A stretch of DNA of 64,000 nt from Candidatus Kapaibacterium sp. (GCA_963665665.1 OY762428.1:3040001-3104000), one strand, 5' to 3'; shown: positions 29,301-40,077, numbered from the stretch's first letter. Notes: a model not told the origin generated them from the letters alone. A program made the numbers and translations.

Positions 29301-30396
29301 TCGGGATTGTTCCAACAAAGTTTAACCCGTTTTCTGAAAATAATTCAGGTAACTCAACTTTGCTTTCAGAAATACTTCCGAATACTGATTTCCCCGACTT
29401 TACTAATTTAAAATTCAAAGATTCGGAATCGTAACTTTTTAATTTCTCAACAATTTCATCATCCAGGCCGGAGTAATGAACCAGCTCAAGATACTTTGAA
29501 TCGTTATCAAAAAGATATATGCCAGCGTTATTTATTCCTAATATCTTTTTGGTGTAGTTTACCGATAAGCTTGATATTTCTTTAATAGAGTCAGCTTTAC
29601 TGAGCTTTTGGGACAGCTCGTTTTGAAGAACTAAAAGTTTTTCATTCTCTTTTTTCACGGAGATATCTTTGATAGTACCAACAACAGCAATTTTTTCGTG
29701 GTTTTTGATAATACCGATATTTAAAATAATGTGAATATAGCCGGGTTTGTGTTTATGCTTTATATTGAATTCATACTCATTTGGTACAGGTTCGCCAGCC
29801 AGCCTTTTTGCATAATTTTCCGATACCATATCAACATCTTCCGGAGCAATTATCTCCCTGAAATCAATACCAATAATTTCATTTGCCGAAAAACCGGTGA
29901 TTTTTTCAAAGGAGCTGTTTACATAAAGGAATTTGGAATCCTGAAGAAAGAATGCTCCGTCGCCAATATTTTCCAGCAGCCTGATATAATCTTCGTTATC
30001 AAGAAATCCTCCCTGAACTTCAGTTTTATCAATATCTTTTATTAAAATACCGATATAATCCCTGTTTTCCTCCGAACTTGCCTGAATGATAAGCGAACAT
30101 TTAATTTTTTTGCCGTCTTTACGTCGGCATTCAGCATATAAAATATTTTTACCGGTCAGCCTGTCATCAGGAATAACTTCGGGAATTTCAAATCCGGGGA
30201 AGTAGTTCTCAAAAGGTTTGTTTTTAACATTTTTTACTTCCTCACCAATAAGATACAGGGCTGAACTATTCAAATTCAGAATTTTGTCGGTGTGACGCTC
30301 TACAATGAACAGGGGGTCAGATATATGGTGAAATAAGGGGAAATATTTAATATAATCCCGGGATAATTTATCAGTTGTTTGTTCAATGTTGTCCAT
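26341..30396 (-). CDS. Multi-PAS/GAF sensor histidine kinase
   Basis: About 7 PAS domains and a GAF; IIAHDLKNP H-box, NLLSNAIKF, DSGIG, GTGLGL. Confidence 0.95.
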   Translation of the reverse strand: MDNIEQTTDKLSRDYIKYFPLFHHISDPLFIVERHTDKILNLNSSALYLIGEEVKNVKNKPFENYFPGFEIPEVIPDDRLTGKNILYAECRRKDGKKIKCSLIIQASSEENRDYIGILIKDIDKTEVQGGFLDNEDYIRLLENIGDGAFFLQDSKFLYVNSSFEKITGFSANEIIGIDFREIIAPEDVDMVSENYAKRLAGEPVPNEYEFNIKHKHKPGYIHIILNIGIIKNHEKIAVVGTIKDISVKKENEKLLVLQNELSQKLSKADSIKEISSLSVNYTKKILGINNAGIYLFDNDSKYLELVHYSGLDDEIVEKLKSYDSESLNFKLVKSGKSVFGSISESKVELPELFSENGLNFVGTIPIKLSPGKIYGSLNVAANDADTLTDKKMKFLESIAYMLAIAISRIKSKNKLKESEERFRQLSDLLPQIIYESDLKGNLSYGNKAARDKFGYKPDEVDIDSINAIDMIIPEHRERAVQNMRKIAMGQRSKASEYIALRKDGSTFPVAIHSDVIIKDSKPVGFRGVIFDISDVKKVEKALEQNELKFRSILANMSDIVWIVDENVNIKFETPSSCQILGYSENELNEVNMWDLVHPDDKEHSIREFNEVLSGTNKLVPTVFRLMHKDGTYTWHEAVANNLLDVDPINGIIITSRDITARIESEKELQKSNERFIQLFDNMNSACAIHEIVKNEDDEVVDTIIRNANKLFIESFRSIYGIKRTDFVGRKVSELNPKSTFPFADIVNKLNSSDGGIKLVMGFPLKNPVKYFKISIFKFHNNLLATILDDITETKIARDALEANEAKLRSIFEAANTVGFLIADFKDGGPVISEFSPGAENIFGLKKNAVINKKLSEFHRGNYNKVENFIARILQTKAGQSFEVTMMNSNGQKIHTVTSAYPLKNKDGKVLSIIGVTMDITPLKKAEESLHIKNSAIESAVFGLGIASLDGTIEYVNQAYLNLWGYDDIAEIIGKNIKYFGQLGETDRVLGHLNQGGGTVESVAIRKDGSTFDVMVSVNFVRDSKGKPIKLLASFVDISDKKKIENKLHELNKDLEIKVRDRTAQLQDAMEELRFENEERKRTQDELEKLNEELFISRQTIEEEAIRLAELNRIISDSEAGLQESNAMKDKFFSIIAHDLKNPLGGLMNISEILLQNYEDITSDARKNFINILYDSSKQTLNLLENLLQWSRSQTGRLEFHPLIADMRFSIENVRKLLQVNIDNKKIEIIDKSDKNLFAYFDKAMINTVFRNLLSNAIKFTPEGGTIEIANKENDKFIEIIICDSGIGIEEERIDDLFRIDKNSSTPGTNNEKGTGLGLILCKEFVEKNGGTISVKSKPGKGSEFSFTLPKI

Positions 30397-30519
30397 AAAT
30401 TCTTAGCCTAAAAAATCACTTGCCAAAATTTCCAGTACTCTGTATCCCTTATTCTTAAATAATCATTTTTTCTTATATATCAAAGGAAAAAAAATAAATG
30501 TTAAGAAAATAACGGATTA

Positions 30520-31371
30520 TCATATCATTAGCTCGACAGATTTAACATATTGTTCAACAGCTTCGGGTATCAGGTCCATATACAGGTCGGGTTCTATCAT
30601 TTCAACTTCCATCAGCTTAAATTTTCCTGAAGATAAAACGCCGTCAATCCTGGCATAAAGGCAGTTATTTATAAATTTTCCGGCAATTTCCCCGGACTTT
30701 GTTAAAACTTCCGGGGGAGGGTCTGCTAATTCGTATTTCCCGCCGTAATCCCGTTGTATCCGATAATCGCCGGAAGCCGGAATTTTATTGACTGTATAGT
30801 GAAACCCGTTATGGAAATATATTGTTGAAAATTCCCCGGATTTCATTATTTCCGGTTCGAAAGCCTGAACTAAAAGATCATGCCTGCCTGACAGATCATC
30901 AAGTAATAACTGAGTATCAGCGCTGACTGCGGAAATTTTGTAAGTATTATGCGATGCAGCAGATACAGCAGGTTTCAATATTAATTCTTTAGTTCCCAGT
31001 TTTTCTGATATTTTATTCAAATCCTGTTTGGAATTTTTTTCAAGGAAATAAGTCGGGATAATATCAATTCCCCGGGTCATCAAATCGCGCAGGTAAAATT
31101 TATGAATATTATTTTCGATAATGTTAGCAGGATTTAACACTCTTTTCTGACTCAATTTCAAATTTCGAATAAATTTACGAAATTCCTTTTCCTTGAAATG
31201 GTATCCCCATGTTGTCCGGAACAAATAAAAGTCAAAGTCATCAATATTCTGAACATGATCCCATATAACAGGAAGTGCATTAAAGCCTCGGCTGTTGAGT
31301 CTGTTCATTACCTGTTGGTCATATTCAAGCAGATTAGGTATGTTTTCGCATGTAAGAATCGCTGTTTTCAT
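30520..31371 (-). CDS. ATP-grasp protein (RimK/glutathione-synthetase-like)
   Basis: FRTTWGY, HKFYLRDL, LKPAVSA, YARIDG, MEVEMIEP; start moved to MKTAIL. Confidence 0.85.
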   Translation of the reverse strand: MKTAILTCENIPNLLEYDQQVMNRLNSRGFNALPVIWDHVQNIDDFDFYLFRTTWGYHFKEKEFRKFIRNLKLSQKRVLNPANIIENNIHKFYLRDLMTRGIDIIPTYFLEKNSKQDLNKISEKLGTKELILKPAVSAASHNTYKISAVSADTQLLLDDLSGRHDLLVQAFEPEIMKSGEFSTIYFHNGFHYTVNKIPASGDYRIQRDYGGKYELADPPPEVLTKSGEIAGKFINNCLYARIDGVLSSGKFKLMEVEMIEPDLYMDLIPEAVEQYVKSVELMI

Positions 31372-31656
31372 ATTGATAAAAATGAAATTTACAAAGATAA
31401 GGATTATTATGATAATTTTATCATTATGCTTATAGTTAATAAATAAAAATGAGGTATTCATGAATAAACAATTTGCATTTTGCACATAAGTTCACTATAT
31501 TGCTATCCGGAAATTTGAAATATGAACTAATTCGAATAGTAATTAATTGATATTATTATTGTTCGGGTATTGAAGCGGATATATTACTTAAAATAAAATG
31601 ATCAGGTATTATAATATTTTGATCATAGGATATTTCAAAAACTAACGAATGGCTTT

Positions 31657-33015
31657 ATGAAAACAGATGTTTTAGTGATTGGCAGCAGTGCCGCAGGACT
31701 GGTTGCAGCAACAACAGGAAAAAGGGTTAACCCGGACAAGAAATTCACAGTAATAACAAAAAACGAAAAAACCTTGATACCATGCGGTATCCCCTACATT
31801 TTTGGTTCGGTTGGTACAAGCGATAAGGATATTCTGCCGGCCGAAATGATGTTCGACAAAATGGGTGTTGAAGCCATCCACGATGAAGTTACCGAAATTA
31901 TTATCGCTGATAAAAAAGTAAAAACCCAAAACAACGGCGATATAGAATATGACAAACTTGTTATAGCCACCGGTTCCAAACCGCTAATCCCAAGCTGGCT
32001 GAAGGGTGCCGGCCTGGATAATGTTTTTACAGTACCTAAAGACAAAAACTATCTTGACCTGATGCAGGAAAAACTCCGGGATTCGAAAAAAGTAATTACT
32101 ATTGGTGCAGGATTCATAGGTGTTGAAATTTCCGATGAACTGAAAAAAGCAGGGAAAGAAGTTACCCTGATAGAAAAATTGCCGAATATTCTCGGCCTTG
32201 CTTTCGATGAAGATATTTCATGCCGTGTTAAAGATATTCTTACAGACAGGAGAGTAAATATTATTACAGGAACCGGAGTAAAAGAAATTGCCGGCGACGG
32301 AAAAGTTGAAGCTGTTATTCTTGAAAACGGCGATAAAATTGAAGCTGATGCTGTTATACTTTCTCTTGGCTACAAGCCAAATGTTGAACTGGCTGAAAAA
32401 GCCGGCGTAAGAATCAGCAGGCACGGAGCAATTAAGGTTGATGAATACATGAGAACTTACCAGCCTTATATCTTTGCTGTTGGTGATTGTGCTGAAAAGA
32501 GAGATTTTGTTACCAGGAAATTCTCGAACGTTATGCTTGCAAGTACAGCCTGCGCAGAAGCAAGGATTGCAGGTATGAATTTCTTCAAACTTTCTGCAAT
32601 TAAAACATTCAGCGGGACTATATCAATATTCTCGACAGCTATCGGAGATAACGGATTTGGTGTGGCAGGAATTACTGAAAAGAAAGCTGAAGAAGAAGGC
32701 TTCGATTTTGTAACTGGTGTTTTTGAAGGAATTGACAGGCATCCGGGGTCTCTGGCTGATACTCACAAGCAGTTTATTAAGCTGATAGTAGCCAGAGAAT
32801 CAGGTGTTATTCTGGGCGGTGAAGTGGCCGGCGGACTTTCGGCAGGCGAACTGACAAATATAATTGGTATTGCAATTCAGAACAGAATGGCAATCAATTC
32901 GTTGCTAACTGCACAGATAGGAACTCATCCACTGCTTACAGCTTCTCCGGCTGGATATCCGCTGATTAAAGCTGCTGAAAATGCTGCTGATAAAATTATG
33001 GCTTCTTTCAAATAG
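31657..33015 (+). CDS. FAD-dependent pyridine nucleotide-disulfide oxidoreductase (NADH oxidase/CoA-disulfide reductase-like)
   Basis: IGSSAAG, PCGIPY redox Cys, ATGS, GAGFIG, AVGDCA. Confidence 0.9.
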   Translation: MKTDVLVIGSSAAGLVAATTGKRVNPDKKFTVITKNEKTLIPCGIPYIFGSVGTSDKDILPAEMMFDKMGVEAIHDEVTEIIIADKKVKTQNNGDIEYDKLVIATGSKPLIPSWLKGAGLDNVFTVPKDKNYLDLMQEKLRDSKKVITIGAGFIGVEISDELKKAGKEVTLIEKLPNILGLAFDEDISCRVKDILTDRRVNIITGTGVKEIAGDGKVEAVILENGDKIEADAVILSLGYKPNVELAEKAGVRISRHGAIKVDEYMRTYQPYIFAVGDCAEKRDFVTRKFSNVMLASTACAEARIAGMNFFKLSAIKTFSGTISIFSTAIGDNGFGVAGITEKKAEEEGFDFVTGVFEGIDRHPGSLADTHKQFIKLIVARESGVILGGEVAGGLSAGELTNIIGIAIQNRMAINSLLTAQIGTHPLLTASPAGYPLIKAAENAADKIMASFK

Positions 33016-33028
33016 AAAGGATATTATA

Positions 33029-33967
33029 ATGACTAAACATTTGTTCGGACCTGTTCCTTCCAGAAGACTGGGGGTATCCCTGGGAATTGACCTTGTTCCC
33101 TTGAAATTATGTACTCTTGACTGTATTTACTGCGAGTGCGGGCCTACTGATAAGCTGGCAGTTGCAAGAAGAGAATATGTTTCATACTCGGAAGTGACCG
33201 CCGAACTTGACGAATATATGAATAACAATCCCGAACCTGATTATATTACATTTTCAGGTTCGGGAGAACCTACCCTGAACAGCAGGATAGGCGATATACT
33301 GAATTATATAAAAACAAACTATCCTTCGATACCTGTTGCTGTACTTACAAACGGAACTCTTTTCAACGATCCACAGGTAAGAAGGGAAATTCTGAAAGCC
33401 GATCTTGTATTGCCCTCGCTTGATGCAGCATCTGAAGAATGTTTCAGATTGATAAACCGGCCACATAAATCTCTTTCGGCAGCAAGGCATATTGAAGGGC
33501 TGAAAAATTTCAGGCAGGAATATGAAGGAAAGATATGGCTGGAAGTTTTTATTGCACCGGGGATTAATGACAATAGCGAAGAGATTAATCTGCTGAAAAA
33601 TGCAATTTCAGATATAAAACCCGATTCAGTACAACTAAACACCCTGGACAGGCCCGGAGCTATTGAAGGATTGATGCCATGTTCGGCCAAATGTCTTCAG
33701 AATATTGCTGATACAATTGACTTTCCGGGAACTGAAATAATTGCAGCCCCGGATAGCAGGAAGAAAACCACATCATACAGCGGCAACAAGGAAGAAATAA
33801 TTCTTGAAACCATTGAAAGACGTCCGTGCAGCTTAGAAGATATTTCTTTCCTTACAGGCTTGCATATAAATGATATTAATAAATATCTTGCCGTACTTGA
33901 AAATGCGGAAAAAGTTGAAACTGTAAGGGAAGGAAGAGGAATTTTTTACCGGATTAAAAGAAAATAA
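33029..33967 (+). CDS. Radical SAM protein (COG0731, TYW1-related)
   Basis: FGPVPSRRLGVSLGID, CTLDCIYCECG, SGSGEPTL; start moved to MTKHLF (AAAGGA RBS). Confidence 0.88.
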   Translation: MTKHLFGPVPSRRLGVSLGIDLVPLKLCTLDCIYCECGPTDKLAVARREYVSYSEVTAELDEYMNNNPEPDYITFSGSGEPTLNSRIGDILNYIKTNYPSIPVAVLTNGTLFNDPQVRREILKADLVLPSLDAASEECFRLINRPHKSLSAARHIEGLKNFRQEYEGKIWLEVFIAPGINDNSEEINLLKNAISDIKPDSVQLNTLDRPGAIEGLMPCSAKCLQNIADTIDFPGTEIIAAPDSRKKTTSYSGNKEEIILETIERRPCSLEDISFLTGLHINDINKYLAVLENAEKVETVREGRGIFYRIKRK

Positions 33968-34116
33968 TTATATAATGATTTATATAAGCAATTTTTCATG
34001 ATGCGATTTAATTCTTTATTTGCAATAATATTAGGCAGGAAAACTGTGGGACTGCCTTTCAATTAGAATAATTGCTTCATGAATTGAATTTCCAAAAATG
34101 TTCATTTCCGGGAGGG

Positions 34117-35103
34117 TTATTTTTCATTCCTGAAATCATAATGGAATGTTGACCTTAGTATACCCCTGGAATCAAACCTTTCCTTAAAATATATCAAATT
34201 CATCGAGGGTGTCATAGGGTCTTCAGCAGCTGTATCCTGAGAAACTCCAATATCAACCCAGCCATAGCCGTTCTCGGCTGCCCAGCGGATGGTTTCGTAC
34301 ATTATCAGGTAAACAGGTTTTAGGTGTTCGTATTCATAAAGCAGCATGTTGTAGAAACAAAGAACAACCTTGCTGTTGGTAAGGAAAAGCCAGGAACCGG
34401 CAATAGGCTTGCCCTCGTAATATACAAGCAGGAGCCTTACATTATCAGGCATCAGGTCGCGGAGCTTAAGCATATCTTCGAGCGAATGAGTAGGCTTAAC
34501 ATTATGTTTCTGCTTGTTTTTTATTAATATTTCATTGAAAGTCTCGTAATCTTCACTTACTTCAATAGTTATCTTACCCTCCCTGAGTATCTTGCGAACA
34601 GTTTTCCGGGCTGTCTTGTCGAAATGATCAATAAAATTTTCGCCGTGTTTCAGTTCAATTGAATGTGAAATGTAATGTAACTCAAAACCAAAACGACGGT
34701 ATAGCATCGCGTATTCAATATTCTGTGAATAATTGTGGCTGTAAATAATCGGTTGGGGAATCAGGAACATTTCATCCCATCCCTCGGTTCTACCAAACTC
34801 AATCAATGTATCAACAATATCCTGTGCTGTTCTGTAAGGAATATCTCCGGTAACGATCGATCCGTAACTCGCACCAATAGGCGACCAGAATGATTTACCG
34901 TCATTTTTCATTCCGCCGGGAAGAACTGCGATAAGCTTGCCATTTTTTCGGAACATCAGGTGATTGAAGTCCCAACGTCCGGGTGTGTGATAATCAAGAA
35001 ATGCCTGCTTATGGAACATTGTGCCATTATTAGAAGCGTCAACAAAATCTTCCCATTCCTGCCTGTTTTCGGGTTTATATTTTTCAATAATAATATTATT
35101 CAT
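34117..35103 (-). CDS. GNAT/FemAB-like acyltransferase
   Basis: WEDFV..SNNGTMFH...FLDYH and NLIYFKERF pattern. Confidence 0.75.
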   Translation of the reverse strand: MNNIIIEKYKPENRQEWEDFVDASNNGTMFHKQAFLDYHTPGRWDFNHLMFRKNGKLIAVLPGGMKNDGKSFWSPIGASYGSIVTGDIPYRTAQDIVDTLIEFGRTEGWDEMFLIPQPIIYSHNYSQNIEYAMLYRRFGFELHYISHSIELKHGENFIDHFDKTARKTVRKILREGKITIEVSEDYETFNEILIKNKQKHNVKPTHSLEDMLKLRDLMPDNVRLLLVYYEGKPIAGSWLFLTNSKVVLCFYNMLLYEYEHLKPVYLIMYETIRWAAENGYGWVDIGVSQDTAAEDPMTPSMNLIYFKERFDSRGILRSTFHYDFRNEK

Positions 35104-35322
35104 AACTATACCGGTATTACTACTTCTTTTCTATTAGCAAAATTAACCAATTTAATTGATAATAACGAACAGGGACGCAAAAAAGCTTTGGATCAGATTT
35201 GTTATACCTTCGAATCATTTCAAAATTTCATTATATCCTGAGATAAGATAAAGCAAAACGAAAACTATAACATTGTTTCAATTTTCTTTCCAAACACAGA
35301 TATTATCAAATTTATTAACAAT

Positions 35323-36138
35323 CTATATTGATAAACTCTGAATTATCTTCTCACAACCACCTGATTTAATATATTCACTATGTTCCTGAACCGACTTGAA
35401 TTTCTTATTACAAATATTGCTGCACATCATTTCGAAATCCGAAGCCTTATAAAAAGCTTCAATAGTTTTTGATGCAGCAGGGTTGGGATATGTTTTCTCG
35501 TCAGGATTATCTTCAAGGAATTTTTTTGTATTATACCAAATTGCAGCGCTAAGTGCGCCACAGGCATTACCGCTCAGGCCAAGGCCACCTGCAAAACCGG
35601 CAACAGTCATTTGTTCCTCTTTACTTGCTCCCATTTTTTTTAATACCTCGGAAGCACAACTCAGCGATTCAGAATTGCTATAAGTTTTGTTATTGCAAAG
35701 GCTTTCTTTGGCTGTATTGATAGCTTCCCCGGCCCATTTACCGGCATGGCTGAAACAAGACCTGGCTTTGAAAATTATAAATTTAACAAATTGGAATTTA
35801 CTGCTGAAATCAGTCTGGGTAATATCCGAGCAGTCAACTGTTCCGTGTTTTTTGTGGAAAGAAGACAATAATTCTTTAGCAGCTCCAACAGATAATTCAA
35901 TTGCTTTTGATCTATCATTCTCTATTTTAAATGCCTGCCGTCCGGCTGCCATGGATGCCCCCCATATCATACCACATTGGTAGCCCTGCTGCATAATACC
36001 GCCGGCAAGAGGGTCTGCTGCTTTTTCCCAATCTTCTTTGGTATTACCGAACTCTTTATCGAGGATATGAAAATAAGTAGCGGAACAGGCTCCGAATTTT
36101 CTGAATGTTTTTTTTGTTTCTTTTTCAATCGATTTCAA
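35323..36138 (-). CDS. C_GCAxxG_C_C family redox protein with two tandem domains
   Basis: ACS..LAGG..QCGMIWG..DC..C, then SCA..FAGG..ACGALSA..MC..C. Confidence 0.85.
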   Translation of the reverse strand: MKSIEKETKKTFRKFGACSATYFHILDKEFGNTKEDWEKAADPLAGGIMQQGYQCGMIWGASMAAGRQAFKIENDRSKAIELSVGAAKELLSSFHKKHGTVDCSDITQTDFSSKFQFVKFIIFKARSCFSHAGKWAGEAINTAKESLCNNKTYSNSESLSCASEVLKKMGASKEEQMTVAGFAGGLGLSGNACGALSAAIWYNTKKFLEDNPDEKTYPNPAASKTIEAFYKASDFEMMCSNICNKKFKSVQEHSEYIKSGGCEKIIQSLSI

Positions 36139-36531
36139 ACGATTACTCCTGTTTGATCAAATAAATTAAAGTGTCAGATGATATACGATATTAATAATTT
36201 CCGGTTTCAAATGAAAAAATTTTGAAAAGATATTTGTGTTTATAGTATTGAATTCCGGAAATTAAGATAACTATTGATGGATTATAAAACCTGTATTATT
36301 AAACCTTTAAGATTTATAATTTGAATAAACTGAAAATCACCTCCTCGTCAATATTTATCCATGATTTACGTTAGGTTATCCTGTAGCAAAATATTATTAT
36401 ATAAAGGCCATATTATTGTCTAATAATGCAAACAAGATTCTGAAATCTGGAAAAATTTGCTTAATTTTGTAATATATGAATAATATTACTGTTTTTAATT
36501 TTATTCGAAACCTGTTTTTGTTCATAGATTA

Positions 36532-38013
36532 ATGGCTGGAATTATGAATGATAAAAAGATAATCGGCAAAGGTATTACCTATGATGACGTTCTCCTGGTA
36601 CCGAATTTCTCGGAAATTCTGCCCAGGGAAACCGATGTTTCGACAAGGCTTACGAAAAAAATAAGGCTGAACATTCCTTTGCTCAGCGCTGCAATGGATA
36701 CCGTAACTGAAGCGAGAATGGCTATTGCTATTGCCCGGGAAGGCGGAATTGGTGTAGTGCATAAGAACTTGAACATAAAAGCGCAGGCTGCTGTTGTTGA
36801 CAGGGTAAAAAGGTCGGAAAGCGGAATGATAACAAAACCCATTACTCTTACTTGCGACAAACTTGTTAAGGATGCAATGGCCCTTATGGAACAATTCCAT
36901 ATATCAGGAATTCCGATTGTTGACGACAACAGGAAACTTATTGGTATTATTACGAACAGGGACCTCAGATTTAGTCCTGATCCTAACCAGTTAATCAAAG
37001 AAGCAATGACTTCCGGGAATCTTCATACAGCTCCCGTGGGTACAACTCTTGAAGAAGCCGAGAAAATACTTCAGCAGCACAGGATAGAAAAACTTCCTGT
37101 TGTTGATGAAAATTTTATACTGAAAGGCTTAATAACTGTAAAGGACGTTCAGAAGAAAAAGAAACACCCGAATGCCTGCAAAGACGAGCAGGGACGATTA
37201 CGTGTTGCGGCGGCTGTCGGGGTTTCTCCTGATACATACGAGAGAATTGATGCTCTTGTGGATGCAGGTGTGGATGCAATATTTGTTGATACTGCACACG
37301 GGCATTCCGTGAAAGTTATTGAAACTGTAGCTATTGTGAAGAAGAAATTTCCTGATCTACAGGTAGTTGCCGGTAATATTGCAACTTCTGAAGCTGCAGA
37401 TGCCCTGATTAATGCCGGCGCCGACGGCCTTAAAGTCGGTATCGGCCCCGGATCTATCTGCACAACCAGGATAATTGCCGGTGTTGGTGTACCACAACTA
37501 ACAGCCATTATGAATGTTACTTCTGTTGCAAGTAAAGCCGGTATTCCGGTTATTGCCGACGGAGGTATAAAGCAAACAGGGGATATTGCCAAAGCTATTG
37601 CAGCAGGCGCTGACTCTGTTATGATTGGCAGTATGTTTGCCGGGCACGATGAAAGCCCCGGAGAAAAAGTGCTTTACGAAGGAAGGGCATACAAAATGTA
37701 TCGCGGTATGGGGTCGCTTGATGCTATGAGCAAAGGATCTGCCGACAGATATTTCCAGGATGTTGAAGAAGAAATTTCAAAATTCGTTCCCGAAGGTATT
37801 GAAGGCAGAGTTCCGTTCAAGGGAAAAGTTGCCGATACATTATACCAGATTATCGGCGGATTACGCTCCTCTATGGGGTATTTGGGATGCAAGACTGTAG
37901 ATGACATGAAAGAAAAGGCTACTTTCGTTCAGATTAGTGCCGCATCTCTCAGGGAATCCCACCCCCATGACGTTACTATTACAAAAGAGTCACCAAATTA
38001 CTATGTTAAATAA
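36532..38013 (+). CDS. guaB: IMP dehydrogenase
   Basis: [12 protein letters not shown] pair, [23 protein letters not shown]. Confidence 0.98.
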   Translation: MAGIMNDKKIIGKGITYDDVLLVPNFSEILPRETDVSTRLTKKIRLNIPLLSAAMDTVTEARMAIAIAREGGIGVVHKNLNIKAQAAVVDRVKRSESGMITKPITLTCDKLVKDAMALMEQFHISGIPIVDDNRKLIGIITNRDLRFSPDPNQLIKEAMTSGNLHTAPVGTTLEEAEKILQQHRIEKLPVVDENFILKGLITVKDVQKKKKHPNACKDEQGRLRVAAAVGVSPDTYERIDALVDAGVDAIFVDTAHGHSVKVIETVAIVKKKFPDLQVVAGNIATSEAADALINAGADGLKVGIGPGSICTTRIIAGVGVPQLTAIMNVTSVASKAGIPVIADGGIKQTGDIAKAIAAGADSVMIGSMFAGHDESPGEKVLYEGRAYKMYRGMGSLDAMSKGSADRYFQDVEEEISKFVPEGIEGRVPFKGKVADTLYQIIGGLRSSMGYLGCKTVDDMKEKATFVQISAASLRESHPHDVTITKESPNYYVK

Positions 38014-38027
38014 AAAACGAATATATC

Positions 38028-39197
38028 ATGGCTAAAAAAACAACCACGAAGAAAACTACAACAAAGAAAACAGCCAAAAGCGAAACTTCCGAGATTAAAA
38101 GGCAGCCTTGTCCACAAATTGCAGACCGCCGCCTGGAGCAGATAAAGTTTACTATGGAAGACCTAAAGGTTGATGCTATGGTTGTAACATTTTTGCCAAA
38201 TATCAGGTATTTGTCAAATTTCTCAGGCTCGGCAGGAACATTATTTGTTAAGCCTGATTCAATTCACTTCCTGACTGATGACAGATACGAAGAGCAGATT
38301 AAAACAGAACTATACGATTTGCCTAACCTTCATACCTATATTACAAGAGATGTATGGAAAACAGCTAAGGAAAAGAAGATACTTAAAGGTATCGGTTCAT
38401 TAGGTTTTGAAGCTGACAGTATGCCGTACAGCGAAGCAGTTGATATCAGGAACAAGATCAGGCCGGTTAAATTCAAACCGGCTCCCGACGAGATAGAACG
38501 TTTTAACAGGCCAAAATCTCCGGAAGAGCTGGAAAGCATTAAAGCAGCTACTGATATGGCTGTTGCCGTATATGAAAAAATGCTGACAATTATCAAACCG
38601 GGTATGACTGAAAAAGAGATTGCCGCTGAAATTTCGTACCAGGGACGCCTGATGGGTTCCGAAGGTGATGCTTTTGATATTATTGCTGTTAGCGGCCCGC
38701 GTTCTGCTCTTGTTCATGGCCAGCCAAGCGACAAGAAACTAAAGAAAAATGAAATACTCCTGCTTGATTTTGGCTGTATTGTAAATGGATTCCACTCGGA
38801 TATTACACGTACAATTGCTATCGGAAAAGCAACAAAAGAACAGCAGAAGATCTATTCTATACTGAGAAAAGCACAGAAGAACGCAATTGCACAGATCAGG
38901 CCCGGAATGAACGGTAAGCTGCTTGATAAAGCTGCCAGGGATGTGATCAAAGATGCCGGTTACGGCGACAACTTCCAGCATTCCCTTGGCCACGGTATCG
39001 GGCTGCAAACTCATGAGCATCCGATAATCACTTTCAGGATGGATGAAGAAATTATTCCCGAGGATGCAGTTCTTGCGATCGAACCTGGCATTTATCTTCC
39101 TGATAAATTCGGTATGAGAGTAGAAGATGATGTCCTTGTTACAAGAAACGGCGGTATTCAGCTTTCTGATGCTCCGGATGAAATTGTAGTAATATAA
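38028..39197 (+). CDS. Xaa-Pro aminopeptidase (M24B)
   Basis: DFG..SDITRT, HSLGHGIGLQTHE, EPGIY, RVEDD. Confidence 0.93.
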   Translation: MAKKTTTKKTTTKKTAKSETSEIKRQPCPQIADRRLEQIKFTMEDLKVDAMVVTFLPNIRYLSNFSGSAGTLFVKPDSIHFLTDDRYEEQIKTELYDLPNLHTYITRDVWKTAKEKKILKGIGSLGFEADSMPYSEAVDIRNKIRPVKFKPAPDEIERFNRPKSPEELESIKAATDMAVAVYEKMLTIIKPGMTEKEIAAEISYQGRLMGSEGDAFDIIAVSGPRSALVHGQPSDKKLKKNEILLLDFGCIVNGFHSDITRTIAIGKATKEQQKIYSILRKAQKNAIAQIRPGMNGKLLDKAARDVIKDAGYGDNFQHSLGHGIGLQTHEHPIITFRMDEEIIPEDAVLAIEPGIYLPDKFGMRVEDDVLVTRNGGIQLSDAPDEIVVI

Positions 39198-39224
39198 ATT
39201 GATTATAATTAATGATCGAAATAT

Positions 39225-39254
39225 AAAAGCCCCTGTAATTCGGGGCTTTTTTTT
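39225..39254 (+). terminator. Rho-independent terminator
   Basis: AAAAGCCCC-N8-GGGGCTTTT followed by a T-run. Confidence 0.85.
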
Positions 39255-39317
39255 ATTAATTTTGCCTTACCGGACAAATGGTAAGAAAAATTTGTTAATT
39301 AAATTATAGCTGATACA

Positions 39318-40052
39318 ATGATCTATTTTTTTTCAGATGTTCATCTGGGGCACGAAAACGAGGAAAAAAACAAACAGGTGGAAGACTTGCTGATAAACTT
39401 CCTGAGGAAGGCTGCCACTGATTGTAAGAAATTGATCATACTCGGCGACCTGTTTGACTACTGGTTCGAATATAAAACTGTTATTCCCAGGATATATACC
39501 CGCACACTTGCCCAATTGCTGCGAATGAGGGAGTCAGGAATTGAAATATATTATATCATCGGGAACCATGATTTCGGGCATATTGATTTTTTTGAAAAGG
39601 ATATGGGGATGGTGCTTTTCAAAGATGATACTGAGATGACTTTTTCCGGAAAGAAATTTTTCCTGAGCCATGGGGATGGTAAGCTTTACAACGATAAAGG
39701 GTATGAGATTTTAAAGAAGATATTGCGCAATCCGCTTGCTCAATGGCTTTACAGGCAGATACACCCGGACTGGGGTATAGGGCTGGCCTCGGGGTCTTCA
39801 CGGAAAAGCCGTAATTATACCAGCAGGAAAAATCAGGGCAGAAGAGACGGCCTTAGGGATTTTGCAATTAAAAAAATTGACGAAGGTTATGATTACGTGC
39901 TGATGGGGCATACCCACAATGCCGAGAAAATCGACCATAGCAGAGGGATATATATCAATACAGGATGCTTCTTCAGAGATCCGACATTTGCCAGGTTTGA
40001 CGGAAAAGATTTATATCTTGAAAAAGTTGATGATTTCCTCGCTGAAAGCTGA
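39318..40052 (+). CDS. lpxH: UDP-2,3-diacylglucosamine diphosphatase
   Basis: SDVHLG, LGDLFDYW, GNHD, SHGD, MGHTH. Confidence 0.85.
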   Translation: MIYFFSDVHLGHENEEKNKQVEDLLINFLRKAATDCKKLIILGDLFDYWFEYKTVIPRIYTRTLAQLLRMRESGIEIYYIIGNHDFGHIDFFEKDMGMVLFKDDTEMTFSGKKFFLSHGDGKLYNDKGYEILKKILRNPLAQWLYRQIHPDWGIGLASGSSRKSRNYTSRKNQGRRDGLRDFAIKKIDEGYDYVLMGHTHNAEKIDHSRGIYINTGCFFRDPTFARFDGKDLYLEKVDDFLAES

Positions 40053-40077
40053 GTGCTCCCGAAAATGATCTATTCAG

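Noticed and set aside
30520-33967. ATP-grasp and COG0731 rSAM as a second RiPP system
   Set aside because: No precursor-like ORF or RRE is nearby, the rSAM lacks a SPASM domain, and the genes are divergent
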